Shown here: positions 1 to 8,693 of the stretch, in pieces | Position numbering within the stretch: position 1 is the first letter of the stretch | Layout of the letters: each line of letters opens with the position of its first letter | Source: Bacteroidales bacterium | GTDB taxonomy: Bacteria; Bacteroidota; Bacteroidia; Bacteroidales; UBA932 | Assembly (NCBI GenBank): GCA_036757145.1 | Contig: DAIOJQ010000001.1 | Coordinates: 1 to 37,340 of the forward strand | Reading direction: 5' to 3' | DNA length: 37,340 bases | Notes under the pieces: model-generated | What the model was told of the DNA's origin: nothing | The model's input: only the letters and a program-made list of their open reading frames with translations | The model's database searches: none | Program-made: the position numbers and the translations under genes

Positions 1-954
1 CTTAAAGGTGACTTTCACATACACACCGTCTTTTCGGACGGTTTAGTATGGCCCACTTACAGGATTCAGGAGGCCTGGCGTGACGGACTTGACATCCTTG
101 CCATTTCCGATCACATAGAATACAGGCCCCATAGCCAATATATTAATGCCGATCGCAACACTTCCATGAAAATTGCCGCTCCTGAGGCTGAAAAACTGGG
201 TATCTTACTCGTTCCGGCAACTGAGGTGACACGCGAACAGGGTGTTATAGGTCATTTCAATGCGATTTTCATTAAAGATGCAGAGCTGATGAATCTTGAG
301 GATCCCAAGGAGGCCCTGCGTGAAGCACGCAGACAGGGAGCATTCATTTTCTTCAACCACCCCGGCTGGAAAATGGACACTCTTGTGTTTTCACCCTTTC
401 AGAAAGAATTATTGGAAGAGGGGCTGATAGATGGTGTTGAGGCGGTTAACGGATTCGAGTTCTATCCGCGCGCAATCTCCTGGTGCAAGGATCTGAACTT
501 GACACTTTTTGCTACTTCCGATGCTCATGATCCGGTTCCCGTTTATTTTAAATACGATCGCAGGTGAGCGGAGGATGTACGCTACAGGCCTATGACACTA
601 GTGCTTGCGAAGGATAAGACTCTTGAGGCAGTACGCGAAGCACTTGATGCCAGACGCACTATAGGCTCTTACCATGGTTATCTGATTGGTATGTTTGATC
701 TGCTCGAAGGGCTTTTTGATGCTTGTGTTTCGACTGAAAAGCTTTCCGTTGTAGGAAAAAACGCCAACTGGCAGTTGCGCAATAACTCTTCTTTGATATT
801 CCGCTTTAGAATCGGAAGCACGGATTATATTTTGCTTCCTTTCACATCCTGTACTTTGACACGCACCTCAGACATCACTTCCGTTGATGTTACTGTGCTC
901 AATATGTACCACTACGAGAATACTCATCCGGTGTTTAAGCTGGAGCTTAAGTAG
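1..954 (+). pseudogene. PHP-domain metal-dependent phosphoesterase (Sb-PDE-like), 5'-truncated by the window edge, interrupted by an in-frame TGA at 565-567
   Basis: Frame 1 is open from nt 1 (LKGDFHIHTVFSDG...LAISDHIEYRPH, PHP His/Asp motifs) and runs into track ORF 166-567. Track ORF 592-954 is in the same frame. Translation across the junction reads ...SDAHDPVPVYFKYDRR*AEDVRYRPMTLVLAKD..., so a single TGA splits one gene. Confidence 0.6.
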
Positions 955-983
955 CATAGTGCTGATCAAAAAAGCATAGATAT

Positions 984-1018
984 AAAAGGCCGACTAATTT
1001 TTTTAGCCGGCCTTTTTT
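984..1018. terminator. Hairpin plus T-tract between the phosphoesterase 3' end and the tRNA 3' end; likely a bidirectional intrinsic terminator
   Basis: AAAAGGCCGACTAAtttttTTAGCCGGCCTTTTTT: GGCCG(A)CTAA pairs with TTAG(C)CGGCC. It is flanked by an A-run on one side and a T-run on the other, 30 nt after the TAG stop at 952-954. Confidence 0.6.
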
Positions 1019-1094
1019 GGTAGCGAGACCGAGAATTGAACTCGGGACCTCATGATTATGAATCATGCGCTCTAACCATCTGAGCTATCTCGCC
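1018..1094 (-). tRNA. tRNA-Met (anticodon CAT); a lysidine-type tRNA-Ile2 cannot be excluded from sequence alone
   Basis: The reverse complement is GGCGAGATAGCTCAGATGGTTAGAGCGCATGATTCATAATCATGAGGTCCCGAGTTCAATTCTCGGTCTCGCTACCA. Acceptor stem GGCGAGA/TCTCGCT; D arm GCTC/GAGC; anticodon stem CATGA/TCATG with loop TTCATAA; T arm CCGAG/CTCGG with loop TTCAATT; discriminator A; encoded CCA. Total 77 nt. Confidence 0.93.
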
Positions 1095-1104
1095 ATTGGG
1101 AGTG

Positions 1105-1135
1105 CAAAAGTACGCAAAAAAACGAAATAGCCAAA
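1105..1135 (-). promoter_or_regulatory. Bacteroidota-type promoter (-33 TTTG / -7 TAnnTTTG) for the tRNA
   Basis: The minus strand reads TTTTGGCTATTTCGTTTTTTTGCGTACTTTTGCACTCCCAAT followed by the tRNA 5' end. TACTTTTG is a perfect TAnnTTTG box about 10 nt upstream of the tRNA. A TTTG lies 19 nt upstream of that box. Confidence 0.45.
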
Positions 1136-1197
1136 AAAAAGTATGCTTTGCATCATGAATGCCAAGTTGCCGAAAATTAACAAACAACCTATTTCTA

Positions 1198-1234
1198 CTG
1201 ACAGTTTGGTCGTATAGTGCGACCGTTTTGTCAG
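1198..1234. repeat. Interrupted inverted repeat (hairpin) downstream of the AbiEii pseudogene
   Basis: CTGACA-GTTT-GGTCG-tatagtg-CGACC-GTTT-TGTCAG: outer 6-bp and inner 5-bp perfect stems with a 2x2-type internal loop. There is no U-tract on the minus strand, so a terminator function is only inferred. Confidence 0.3.
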
Positions 1235-1289
1235 TGGGTGTAATGATGTCCGTACTGTCGCTAGTTAAAATAATCAAACTAGATTTGCT

Positions 1290-2268
1290 TTAGGGCTTTA
1301 TATTCCATTCAATGGTATTCATTCTATCGCGGATTACCTCTAATGTGTGTAGAATAGCTTCACTTTTGGGAAAATCACCATAGACCAAATCCCTAAAGTT
1401 TCCATTGTATGTGGCATCTAACTGCATCCAAACGGATGACAAATCTTTAAATATCAAAGACTCATTAGGGTGATAGGCCAACCACTTGTTGTTCTGTTTA
1501 AAACTTTTCACATCATCTTTTGCGACTTTAAGCAACATTGCCTCAAAGTCAGGTGAATATAGATAGTCTAAAAAATCTTTTTGTTGCAATAGTTGGTGTA
1601 AATCGTATGTGTCACGAATTTTATTTCGTAAATCGTCAATAGGTCGTTTACTATAAGAAAATCGAACTAAACTCATTATTTTCTCGCATATTGTCCTTAT
1701 CGGCTCCAACACCTAAACTTTAAATGATTGCATTTCATATTTCTCTATAAGTTCAGATTGTCCGCTATTCAGCATCATATTGCCGACAAAAGAGTTAATC
1801 TTATGCTTTGTGTATGGCTCGTAATATCCCAACCAAGTAGATTCTATTACGATCACATCTCGAATTTGCCTAAAAATTCCTTCAAATATCTTACTGTAGC
1901 TGCGGGCGGTTTTTCGGCTCATTCCAATCTTGTGAGTCAGCCCCGGAATCTCAATTTCTGGAAGTGTTTCGTTTATTGCACTCTCAACATCTTTGAGTTT
2001 ACGTTTCATCCTGTTGTCTGTTTCTCCTTCACGTCGAATTACGACTAAATCAATGTCTTCCGAGAATCGGTCAATCAATTTATAACATTTAGCCAACGAA
2101 GTTCCACCCTTGAAAATGGTATCTTTGCCAATTTCATTGTCAAAAATTGACTTCAATGCAAATGTAACCCAGTAGTCTTTTTCTACATAAATTGTTGGTA
2201 TAATTCATTTGCTGCGCAGTGATACCGACTGCATCACGAAACATTTTCTTATCTGTGTGGAGTTTCAT
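1290..2268 (-). pseudogene. abiEii: AbiEii/AbiGii-family nucleotidyltransferase toxin (DUF1814), disrupted by a frameshift near 2185-2205 and an in-frame TAG at 1713-1715
   Basis: The ATG at 2268 overlaps the antitoxin stop (ATGA) and gives MKLHTDKKMFRDAVGITAQQMNYTNN. The family-typical continuation IYVEKDYWVTFALKSIFDNEIGKDTIFKGGTSLAKCYKLIDRFSEDIDLVV is in the adjacent frame. Track ORFs 1713-2156 and 1290-1712 are contiguous and in the same frame, separated only by TAG (...MQSFKV*VLEPIRT...). Confidence 0.75.
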
Positions 2269-2993
2269 ACAATATTCCAGTTATCAATAGTCGGTAAATC
2301 TGATTTGGTGAGTCCTAAATTTATTTTTGTTAATGGATTAATACTTTTTAGAAGTGGCGTAGTGATATCTTGTGGTTTTCCTAGAGATTCAAGGATTGCA
2401 CCTAGTAAAGCACGTACCCTCGGTGGATATAAGAGAGCATATTTGATCAATTGAGCAACCTCTTTGTCATTCATTTTTGCAATTCTTGCAGAAAGGATTT
2501 TTATAGTATTTTGAACGGTTGTATCAGGTATTTGTCGAATATCTTTAAATGCATCTAAAAAGCCTAAAAAGGTATAATTGGAGTCTGTTACTTCGGCGTA
2601 ACTTTTTACGGCATCAGCTTTCAAAGCACCTCTATTAATGCTTATTCGTTTACTTCTGGATGCTATTTTTATACGAACTGCCAATTGTGTCGTCAATCCC
2701 AGTTGATTATATAGATATGTGCCGGTAACATAAGCGATACGCTTTCCGTTTTCAAACAGAAAAGGACGTAATTGCTCCTTGTAATCCGGCTTCAGTTCTC
2801 CGAAAGCAGTTTTAATGGGTTTGTAAAACTCGCCATTGGATATTTTATTAATAAGCCCTTTGTTTTTCATGCGTTCCAACGCCTTCGCAGCTGATAGATA
2901 ATCTTTTCTGTCAATATCCAAATCGGAGTAGCCAAAAACTCTACCTTCGGACAACTTCCTTATTTGCTGATCTATTTGTTTGTATAAGTTCAT
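2265..2993 (-). CDS. abiEi: AbiEi-type antitoxin / transcriptional regulator (DUF6088-like), apparently intact
   Basis: The 242-aa ORF lies immediately upstream of the nucleotidyltransferase toxin and overlaps it by 4 nt (ATGA). The N-terminal region looks winged-helix-like (KALERMKNKGLINKISNGEFYKP). The assignment rests on genomic context plus family resemblance from memory. Confidence 0.65.
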   Translation of the reverse strand: MNLYKQIDQQIRKLSEGRVFGYSDLDIDRKDYLSAAKALERMKNKGLINKISNGEFYKPIKTAFGELKPDYKEQLRPFLFENGKRIAYVTGTYLYNQLGLTTQLAVRIKIASRSKRISINRGALKADAVKSYAEVTDSNYTFLGFLDAFKDIRQIPDTTVQNTIKILSARIAKMNDKEVAQLIKYALLYPPRVRALLGAILESLGKPQDITTPLLKSINPLTKINLGLTKSDLPTIDNWNIV

Positions 2994-2997
2994 GGCA

Positions 2998-3035
2998 CAA
3001 AGGTAGGAATTCTTTTCAAAATATCAAGTATTTTG
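2998..3035 (-). promoter_or_regulatory. Candidate abiE promoter with an overlapping operator-like inverted repeat
   Basis: The minus strand reads CAAAATACTTGATATTTTGAAAAGAATTCCTACCTTTGTGCCATG. The -7 box TACCTTTG (2998-3005) lies 4 nt before the ATG. The perfect inverted repeat CAAAATA-N5-TATTTTG (3017-3035) covers the -33 position. Confidence 0.4.
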
Positions 3036-3118
3036 CTCAGTTTACTTGACAATATGCTTTAATTATCCGGCAGTTTTACTGTATCATTCCGTCTGCTAAT
3101 GGCCAATAGCTATTCAAG

Positions 3119-5470
3119 CTACTCATAGCGCAGCGCCTCTACCGGATTGCGACTTGCGGCGCGCCAGCTTTGCCAGCTGACAGTCAAAAGTGCCACTAGA
3201 AGTGCAATTAGGCCGGCCAGGGCGAAGATCCACCAGTTGAGAGAGGTTTTGTAGGCGAAGTTTTCGAGCCATTTTGAGATGGCGTAGTAGGTGATTGGCA
3301 CTGCGATAATGAATGCTATAATTACCCAAATTATAAAGCGGCGGTTGAGTAAAGCGAGGATTTCCGAAATGGTGGCTCCATTGATTTTGCGGATACCGAT
3401 TTCTTTTGTTTTATGCTGAATGATTTGCATTGACAGGCCGTATAGTCCGAGCATTGAGATGAAGATGGCGAGGAGCGACATGATGGTCAGAAGTTTACGC
3501 GTACGGATTTCGCGAGTGTAATTTGCCTGAAGATCTTTATCCACGAAACTGTAACTGAATGGCAGGTCGGGTTCGATTCGTTTCCAAACAGCTTCCATTT
3601 CTGCTATGTTTTTCTGTAAATCTCCGGGATGCAGACGCACTATAAAGTACCACAATTCAAGGTAGAGGAAATAGAACGCAGGAAAACTTTCGTTTTGTAA
3701 TGAGATGTTTTGAATATCCTCAATTACACCGCATATTTCGCAATCAAGTCCGGTAAAGTAGCTTGTTACCTTCATTCCAATGGGATTTTCGACATTCATC
3801 TTTTTCCAACACTGCTCATTTATGACGATTTTTGAACTGTCAGTTGGTGAATAGGCTTCGCCCAAAATGAATTTTGTCTTCATTACATCGAAAAAATCGC
3901 CGTCTGTCGGAGCTATCCTCAAATTAAGTTGCTGCTTTTCGCCGGCATCTTCATAAGCGATAGTTGTACCATTATTCAATGTATGTCCGGGCGTATTCAT
4001 GGTGCCTGTCACTCCCGAAACAAAGGGTAACCTCTCCAACTCCTGCTTATAAAGTGCGTAACGGTCAGCTGTTGTTTTTTTAGTCGGGGGATTCAGTATT
4101 GTCACCAGATTTTCTTTGTCGAACCCCAGTTTTTTATTCAACATCAAATCAAACTGCTTATTGATGCCTATAACGCCGATAATCAGGCAGATGCTAATAG
4201 CAATTTGCATAATGGTAAGCGTTTGCGCCAGGGAAATTTTACCTCGCTTGGGCAATATTCTTCCCCTGCCTTTGATGGTTGCAGAGGGAGTTATTCGCAT
4301 TTGATGTCTCCATTGTACCAGTACAGGCAGTAAAATAGTGGTTACAGCTATGGATAGGATTGCCCCCCAAAGCAGAGGGTTGGCAAGGCTGAACTCCGTA
4401 TTGACCCCCATCAGGTTGCTGAAATAGGGGAGAAGCGTCGAGGTCAAAATGAGAGCTATCAGTACACAGATAGTTACAAGAATAGTGGTTTCGGTGAATA
4501 GGTAGCCGAAAATATCCCTGGCTCCGGCTCCCATTATTTTCTGCATTCCGGTGTTGAAATTGCGTTTGTTGCGGAGTGCCACTGAAAGATTTATAAAATT
4601 AAACAGGGCGATAAGCAATACCAAAGCGGCAACAATGATAAAAAGTTGCACTACTTTTTCGTCAGAACGTTCAAGGGTGTCCCAAGTGGTATCTGAAGAG
4701 CGCAAATGTATGTCGGTCAATGGTTGAAATGCATAAGTTCCGGAAAAATCTTTACCATAAGCCTTTAAAGCCTCTGCCTCTATTTTTTGAGCGATCTCTA
4801 CCTTGTCGGCATTTTCCGGCAAGCGGAAAAAGAACGAGGTAGATTGGTTGTTCATCGATGTGTATTGGTAATAATCGGTTGTTTTTTGAGCATGAATGTT
4901 CAGAACAATGTTAGGACGATAGTTAGCCGTAATAGGAACATCTTCATATACACCGGTTATTGTGAAATCGTGATTATTGCGGTAGCGGATGGTTTTACCA
5001 ATCGCAGAGGTTCCGGGGAACAATTTTTCAGCTTCGCTTTTTGAAATTACAGCAGAAAAAGCATCGGTCAATGGGGCATCGCCTCCTTCGAGCATACGGA
5101 TGTTGAACATCGGAAAAAATGCGTTGGTAGAGTGCATCACTCTATCCAAAAATATCTGCTTATTATCAATAGTGAAATAGCCCGTGGAATGAAGTTGCAG
5201 CATCAGACCCTCATCAAGTTCGGGAATGGCAGCGGTCAATTTGTCGAAAAAGACAATCGGATGAATAGGGTCGCGTTCTCCCTTATGAACATTCAGTAGG
5301 CGATATACATTTTTTGCATCGGGATTATGCTTTTCGAAAGAGTATTCATACTGCACATAGAGGGCAATAATCAAACAGACAGCCAAGCTCAACGACAAAC
5401 CAATAGCATTGATAAGCGTCCCCGTACGCTGACCCAATAAACTCCTGACAGCAAGTTTTAATTTATACAT
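3119..5470 (-). CDS. ABC transporter permease, FtsX/MacB-like, large two-module form (783 aa)
   Basis: N-terminal TM helix, large periplasmic domain and TM bundle, present twice. The C-terminal FtsX-type motif is IGIRKINGATISEIL...SWQSWRAASRNPVEALRYE. The gene is in an operon with an ABC ATPase. Confidence 0.85.
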   Translation of the reverse strand: MYKLKLAVRSLLGQRTGTLINAIGLSLSLAVCLIIALYVQYEYSFEKHNPDAKNVYRLLNVHKGERDPIHPIVFFDKLTAAIPELDEGLMLQLHSTGYFTIDNKQIFLDRVMHSTNAFFPMFNIRMLEGGDAPLTDAFSAVISKSEAEKLFPGTSAIGKTIRYRNNHDFTITGVYEDVPITANYRPNIVLNIHAQKTTDYYQYTSMNNQSTSFFFRLPENADKVEIAQKIEAEALKAYGKDFSGTYAFQPLTDIHLRSSDTTWDTLERSDEKVVQLFIIVAALVLLIALFNFINLSVALRNKRNFNTGMQKIMGAGARDIFGYLFTETTILVTICVLIALILTSTLLPYFSNLMGVNTEFSLANPLLWGAILSIAVTTILLPVLVQWRHQMRITPSATIKGRGRILPKRGKISLAQTLTIMQIAISICLIIGVIGINKQFDLMLNKKLGFDKENLVTILNPPTKKTTADRYALYKQELERLPFVSGVTGTMNTPGHTLNNGTTIAYEDAGEKQQLNLRIAPTDGDFFDVMKTKFILGEAYSPTDSSKIVINEQCWKKMNVENPIGMKVTSYFTGLDCEICGVIEDIQNISLQNESFPAFYFLYLELWYFIVRLHPGDLQKNIAEMEAVWKRIEPDLPFSYSFVDKDLQANYTREIRTRKLLTIMSLLAIFISMLGLYGLSMQIIQHKTKEIGIRKINGATISEILALLNRRFIIWVIIAFIIAVPITYYAISKWLENFAYKTSLNWWIFALAGLIALLVALLTVSWQSWRAASRNPVEALRYE

Positions 5471-5484
5471 GATTTTTGTGTTTT

Positions 5485-7863
5485 TTATTCATAGCGCAAT
5501 GCCTCCACCGGATTCCGGCTCGCTGCGCGCCAGCTTTGCCAGCTGACGGTCAGAAGGGCGACAATAAGGGCGATCAGTCCGGCCAGAGCGAAGATCCACC
5601 AGCTTAGGGCGGTTTTGTAGGCGAAGTTTTCGAGCCATTTATTCATGGCGAGGTAGGCCAACGGAGTTGCGATGACGAAAGCGATCACAATCCATTTTAC
5701 AAAGCTCTTGTTAAGCAATGCCAATATTTCGCCAACGGTGGCGCCATTTATTTTGCGGATGCCTATTTCTTTAGTTCTATATTGGGATGTGAAAATGGAG
5801 AGTCCCAGAATTCCCAATACGGATATTATGAGCGAGAGCATACTGAAAAGCGAGATCATACCCACCTGACGATCTTCTTTAGCGTATAGCAGATTGAGTT
5901 TATCATCGAGAAAGTAGTGTCTCATTGGCTCATCAGGACTTACTTTATCATACACCTTAGCGATGTAATCGACAGCAGCCCTTGTATTCTCTCCGGTAAG
6001 TTTCACATTGACCCATGACATTAGGACAAAGGTGCCTGGGTGATATCTGAATACGAAAGGGTCAACATTTTCGCGGAGCGAAGAGAAATTGAAATCTTCA
6101 ACTACTCCTACCACATGAAAGGGCATTGGGTTGCCTTCGTCGTCGTATTTCATAAGAGTTGAGCCGAGTTCCAACCCGAATTCCTTTTTGGCAGCCTCAT
6201 TTATGATTATGCTGGCAATCTCAGCTTCACTATCTTTCAGAAAACCCCGTCCTTCCAACAAGTTGAAATTCATCATATCCATATATTCGCTATCCACATA
6301 CCAGAGCCAGGTTTGGATGGTTTCATCATTAAAACCAAAACCCTCCATATTTGACGGGATTCCCGGGACACCGCTCGACAAAGAAGCACTTTCCACCATC
6401 GGATTTTGCATCAATTCGGATTTAAACGTTTCTAAATTACTCAATAAATCAACTGTAGGATAGATAACCATTACATCCTCTTTATCGAATCCCAACGATG
6501 TCTTTTTCATATACTCCACCTGCTTGACGGTCAGCACCGACATTGCGATAAGCAGAATAGTTGCCGTAAATTGTACTACCGTAAGCCAGCCGCGGGAAGT
6601 CTGACGGGCTATTGAGTGGCGTTTTTTAACGGCATCCATGGGTGCAACTTTGATGCTGCTGTATGCGGGGAACAACGCTCCGACAATACCTATAATAATC
6701 GCAATGCCCAACATCCCGAGTATCACATAAATCGCTGCTTTAAAATCCAATAAATACTCGAAGAGTTTTATTCCATATTGATTGTTTATAGCGCTGGCAA
6801 TAAATAACGCAATAATAAAGGATAGAGCTGAAACAAATACGCTTTCCAAAATGGTTGTTATGACAACCATGCGACGGCTATTTCCCAGAATACGCGTCAC
6901 TGCAATATTTTTCATGCGTTTGGGTAGCGTCGCGGTGGCAAAATTGACATAGTTCAGAAGAGCTATGATCAGAATAAATATGCCTACTGCGAAAAGTGTA
7001 TTTACGGAAGATTTGTTGTTTGTATTAAATAAGGGATTTTCAGCCACATCTTTGGCGAAACGAAGATCGGTCAGCGGACGAGCTATGATTGTGAATCTTT
7101 CGTTGCCTTTATTGTAGAAATGATACTTTTCTTTTAAAATATCTATTTCGTTGATGCGCGTTTGAAACTCCGATGCTGATGTGCCGGACTTCACTTTTAT
7201 GAATTCGGGGTAATTGACTATTCCCCATGTTTTGTACGACTCTGCAATCCATCCGGTTGTGGGGAAGGAGAGGATCACGGGCTCATTGAAGAGGGAGTTT
7301 TTGGGCGGAGTACGGAAAACTGCCGTCACCGAATATACTTCGTCATTGGTTGTGAATGTCTTGCCTAATACATCAAGAGTTCCCCATAGCTTCGTTGCAA
7401 ATGCCTCTGAAACAATTGCCGTATTGGGCTCTGAAAGCGGTTTGTTGCTATTTGAATGAATGAAGTCAAAGGTAAATACCTCTGTCAAATCCTTATCTGC
7501 TATAGCGTAATCTTCATAGCTCCTTTGCTTTGTTCCGTTGACTTCCCACTCGAAAATAATTTCATTCCATTTTCCCCACGGCATATATGTGGTTGTCGCT
7601 ACAACTTCCGGTAGCTGCTCAGCAATAACATCTTTGGTCGGCCCCGACATGTAAACGGAAGTTTTCTCTTTATCCGGGGACTTTATTTCGAGTCTATAGA
7701 TATTATCAGCATCCTCGTGATAGCTGTCGAAGTTGTACTCCGTCCACACATACAGCATAATCAGTATAAAAGCACTAAATGCTGTAATCAACCCTATGAA
7801 ATTGAAAATCGTAGAGACCTTCGATGCCTTCAGATTTTTGTATATGACTTTTAACGTATTCAT
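5485..7863 (-). CDS. ABC transporter permease, FtsX/MacB-like, large two-module form (792 aa); paralogue of 3119-5470
   Basis: Same architecture as its neighbour. The C-terminus IGIRKINGATVGEIL...SWQSWRAASRNPVEALRYE matches the neighbour at 46 of its last 49 residues. Confidence 0.85.
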   Translation of the reverse strand: MNTLKVIYKNLKASKVSTIFNFIGLITAFSAFILIMLYVWTEYNFDSYHEDADNIYRLEIKSPDKEKTSVYMSGPTKDVIAEQLPEVVATTTYMPWGKWNEIIFEWEVNGTKQRSYEDYAIADKDLTEVFTFDFIHSNSNKPLSEPNTAIVSEAFATKLWGTLDVLGKTFTTNDEVYSVTAVFRTPPKNSLFNEPVILSFPTTGWIAESYKTWGIVNYPEFIKVKSGTSASEFQTRINEIDILKEKYHFYNKGNERFTIIARPLTDLRFAKDVAENPLFNTNNKSSVNTLFAVGIFILIIALLNYVNFATATLPKRMKNIAVTRILGNSRRMVVITTILESVFVSALSFIIALFIASAINNQYGIKLFEYLLDFKAAIYVILGMLGIAIIIGIVGALFPAYSSIKVAPMDAVKKRHSIARQTSRGWLTVVQFTATILLIAMSVLTVKQVEYMKKTSLGFDKEDVMVIYPTVDLLSNLETFKSELMQNPMVESASLSSGVPGIPSNMEGFGFNDETIQTWLWYVDSEYMDMMNFNLLEGRGFLKDSEAEIASIIINEAAKKEFGLELGSTLMKYDDEGNPMPFHVVGVVEDFNFSSLRENVDPFVFRYHPGTFVLMSWVNVKLTGENTRAAVDYIAKVYDKVSPDEPMRHYFLDDKLNLLYAKEDRQVGMISLFSMLSLIISVLGILGLSIFTSQYRTKEIGIRKINGATVGEILALLNKSFVKWIVIAFVIATPLAYLAMNKWLENFAYKTALSWWIFALAGLIALIVALLTVSWQSWRAASRNPVEALRYE

Positions 7864-7878
7864 TTTTAATTATTTAAA

Positions 7879-7928
7879 CATACTCCTAACTCAATACTAA
7901 TTAATTTACTCGGAACTCAGAACTCCAT
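7879..7928 (-). repeat. 7-nt-periodic GAGT-type repeat array in the ATPase-permease spacer, sense orientation relative to the operon
   Basis: The minus strand reads ATGGAG TTCTGAG TTCCGAG TAAATTAATTAGTAT TGAGTTA GGAGTATG. It begins in the last codons of the ATPase (..MEF*) and ends 15 nt before the permease ATG. Confidence 0.6.
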
Positions 7929-8594
7929 ACTCTCTTCCACTACTTTACCGTCAAATAGATGAATTATCCTGTGGGCAAAGCCCGCGTCATGCTGAGAGTG
8001 CGTCACCATGATGATGGTGGTGCCTTCGCGGTTGAGTTCGCTGAGAAGATCCATCACTTCCCGTCCGTTTTTGGAGTCGAGGTTACCGGTAGGCTCGTCT
8101 GCAAGAATAAGTTTGGGGTTTGCTACCACGGCCCTGGCGATGGCCACGCGCTGTTGCTGTCCGCCTGAAAGCTGCTGAGGAAAGTGTTTCTCGCGATGTC
8201 CGATATTCATACGTCTGAGCACCTCTTTTACCATCTCTTTACGTTTCGCAGAGGGAATTTTAAGGTAGGTAAGGGGCAGTTCTACATTTTCAAAAACATT
8301 CAACTCGTCAATCAAGTTGAAACTTTGGAATACGAATCCGATATTTTCTCGTCGCAAATGTGTGCGTTGCCTCTCTTTATAGTGTCCCACCTTTTCGCCG
8401 TTGAAGAAATAATTGCCGCCGGTAGGATTGTCAAGCAAGCCGAGAATATTTAATAGGGTTGATTTTCCGCATCCTGAGGGGCCCATAACCGCCACAAATT
8501 CACCCTCTTTTACATGAATATCGACATCCAGCAGTGCTGTTGTTTCAACTTCTTCGGTGCGAAATATCTTTGTCAATTTTTCTGTGCGTATCAT
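7917..8594 (-). CDS. ABC transporter ATP-binding protein (MacB/LolD-like)
   Basis: Walker [10 protein letters not shown], signature LSGGQQQR, Walker [10 protein letters not shown]-loop VTHS. Confidence 0.92.
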   Translation of the reverse strand: MIRTEKLTKIFRTEEVETTALLDVDIHVKEGEFVAVMGPSGCGKSTLLNILGLLDNPTGGNYFFNGEKVGHYKERQRTHLRRENIGFVFQSFNLIDELNVFENVELPLTYLKIPSAKRKEMVKEVLRRMNIGHREKHFPQQLSGGQQQRVAIARAVVANPKLILADEPTGNLDSKNGREVMDLLSELNREGTTIIMVTHSQHDAGFAHRIIHLFDGKVVEESMEF

Positions 8595-8677
8595 AATCGT
8601 TTATAAATGTTTATTTTGTTTTTGTCGTATTAAAAGTTTTAAATCGATGCGGGGCAATAAACCTCATGCCAAAAAAA

Positions 8678-8693
8678 AGCAACTACAATGCCG
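8678..8693 (-). promoter_or_regulatory. Candidate sigma-54 (-24/-12) promoter for the ABC operon
   Basis: The minus strand reads CGGCAT-TGTAG-TTGCT, against the consensus TGGCAC-N5-TTGCW. The invariant GG and GC are present at the exact canonical spacing. It lies about 85 nt upstream of the ATPase ATG. A sigma-54 enhancer-binding protein is encoded divergently, and rpoN is present in this window. Confidence 0.5.

Noticed and set aside
565-610. The in-frame TGA in the PHP phosphoesterase read as selenocysteine, or as evidence of an alternative genetic code.
   Set aside because: No convincing SECIS-like hairpin follows the TGA; only a 4-bp AGCG/CGCT stem is present. Elsewhere in the window TGA, TAG and TAA all act as normal terminators at the expected protein ends. 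The family has no known Sec residue.
1056-1277. A 73-aa minus-strand ORF next to the AbiE cassette.
   Set aside because: It overlaps the tRNA-Met gene and its promoter. The tRNA cloverleaf explains this sequence.
1018-3118. A tRNA-integrated genomic island carrying AbiE.
   Set aside because: The cassette lies on the 5' side of the tRNA rather than at its 3' end. I found no integrase and no direct repeat of the tRNA 3' segment. Low GC is the only sign of foreign origin.
3119-3290. Near-identical 3' ends of the two tandem large permease genes (46 of the last 49 residues identical; nucleotides also similar to 5485-5650), considered as recent gene conversion.
   Set aside because: The ...SW(Q)SWRAA.RNPVEALRYE terminus and the preceding IGIRK block are, as far as I recall, conserved across this whole FtsX permease family in Bacteroidota. 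Family-level constraint is therefore the simpler explanation. Testing for conversion would need synonymous-site analysis.
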